This document shows, piece after piece, positions 59,822-60,427 of a stretch of 60,427 nt of DNA. The stretch is from positions 66,139 through 126,565 of the forward strand of contig CP070692.1 of the NCBI GenBank assembly GCA_020353215.1, given 5' to 3'. Position 1 is the first letter of the stretch. Each line of letters opens with the position of its first letter. This stretch comes from Deltaproteobacteria bacterium (GTDB taxonomy: Bacteria; Desulfobacterota; Syntrophobacteria; BM002). Both the position numbers and the translations under genes were made by a program. The notes under the pieces were generated by a model that ran no database searches, had not been told where the DNA came from, and saw only the letters and a list, made by a program, of their open reading frames with translations.

Positions 59822-60130
59822 TTATAGTTTAATCTCAACATCCACACCCGCGGACAGATCTAGTTTCATCAGCGCATCCACTGTCTGCTGCGTGGGCTCG
59901 ACTATATCGAGAAGACGCTTGTGAGTGCGAATTTCGAACTGTTCCCGGGACTTCTTATCCACATGTGGGGAACGGAGAACACAGTATTTGGTAATCTTCG
60001 TAGGCAACGGTATAGGTCCGGCCACTTTGGCGCCGGTGCGTCTAGCGGTCTCGACAATCTCAGTGGTGGATTGATCGAGCAACTTGTGATCATACGCCTT
60101 TAGCCGAATGCGGATTTTCTGATTGGCCAT
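59822..60130 (-). CDS. rpsJ: 30S ribosomal protein S10
   Basis: It has [18 protein letters not shown]...GPIPLPT. Confidence 0.95.
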   Translation of the reverse strand: MANQKIRIRLKAYDHKLLDQSTTEIVETARRTGAKVAGPIPLPTKITKYCVLRSPHVDKKSREQFEIRTHKRLLDIVEPTQQTVDALMKLDLSAGVDVEIKL

Positions 60131-60328
60131 AACTGCTCCGTTCTTACTCTGCGTCAGTAGTCAGGGAACTTTCCGTAATTCTTATTGGAATTCTCTTGAA
60201 TTCGGCGCTTGCGCGCTGTGAAATCTCGGCTCCAGGATGCACACTCCAACATTCTGGTCTAGTACTCGTGTCACATCCTCCATCTGAGTTTGATTCGCGC
60301 TTCGGGATCCGAATTTCCAGCTCGCCGT

Positions 60329-60427
60329 TTACTCGATGATATCACTGATCACCCCAGCACCCACGGTGCGACCTCCCTCACGAATGGCAAACCGCAACTC
60401 CTTCTCCATCGCTATCGGCGTGATCAA
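60329..60427 (-). CDS. tuf: elongation factor Tu, C-terminal 32 codons; the rest lies outside the window
   Basis: Manual translation of the minus strand from the window edge gives ..[31 protein letters not shown]-stop, the canonical EF-Tu C-terminus. Confidence 0.9.
   Translation of the reverse strand: MITPIAMEKELRFAIREGGRTVGAGVISDIIE

Noticed and set aside
1-60427. Search for CRISPR arrays, rRNA or tRNA genes, IS elements, integrases, reverse transcriptases or known defence genes
   Set aside because: None was seen. There are no regularly spaced direct repeats, no transposase- or RT-like ORFs, and no tRNA cloverleaf candidates that hold up.

Overview
The window looks like an ordinary core-chromosome segment of an anaerobic Desulfobacterota (delta-proteobacterial type) organism. 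That assignment is an inference from gene content: a four-subunit 2-oxoacid:ferredoxin oxidoreductase, sigma-54 promoters, PilZ and an FmdB zinc ribbon. No database search was possible. From left to right: ilvN'(partial)-ilvC, psd-pssA, leuC-leuD-leuB-asd and ecfT-rsmD-coaD. Then come a Nudix gene preceded by an unlisted 44-aa ribbon-helix-helix gene, prs, and a SlyD-like FKBP. A co-directional minus-strand cluster follows: PilZ, Fe-S protein, DUF885, ATP-grasp-like protein, methyltransferase, FmdB zinc ribbon. After it come cspA, the OFOR operon (gamma-delta-alpha-beta) plus a YkgJ protein, an S21-like protein, ROK glucokinase and a crotonase. Next are threonine aldolase, a DUF62 SAM hydrolase, a Crp/Fnr regulator, two EcfA-type ATPases and a TPR lipoprotein. 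A small islet follows with three sigma-54-type promoters, a cNMP-binding/FHA protein, a small exported protein and a candidate sigma-54-dependent sRNA. After a SIMPL protein and a methyltransferase, the right third (43.1-60.4 kb, minus strand) is the complete tuf'-S10-spc-alpha ribosomal super-operon, rpsJ through rplQ. I found no CRISPR array, intact mobile element, rRNA or tRNA. I cannot point to a compelling new multi-gene system. The items most worth a second look are the sigma-54 promoter trio with its about 110-nt terminator-capped RNA, and the DUF885/ATP-grasp-like/methyltransferase operon. Also of interest are the orphan RHH mini-gene, a 1-kb non-coding tract, and a recurring pattern of long hairpin-bearing spacers inside operons that are normally tightly packed. 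That pattern covers eleven spacers in the r-protein operon plus leuC-leuD, the OFOR gamma-delta junction and ecfA-ecfA. Functional calls rest on motifs I recognise in the translations. No similarity search was run.
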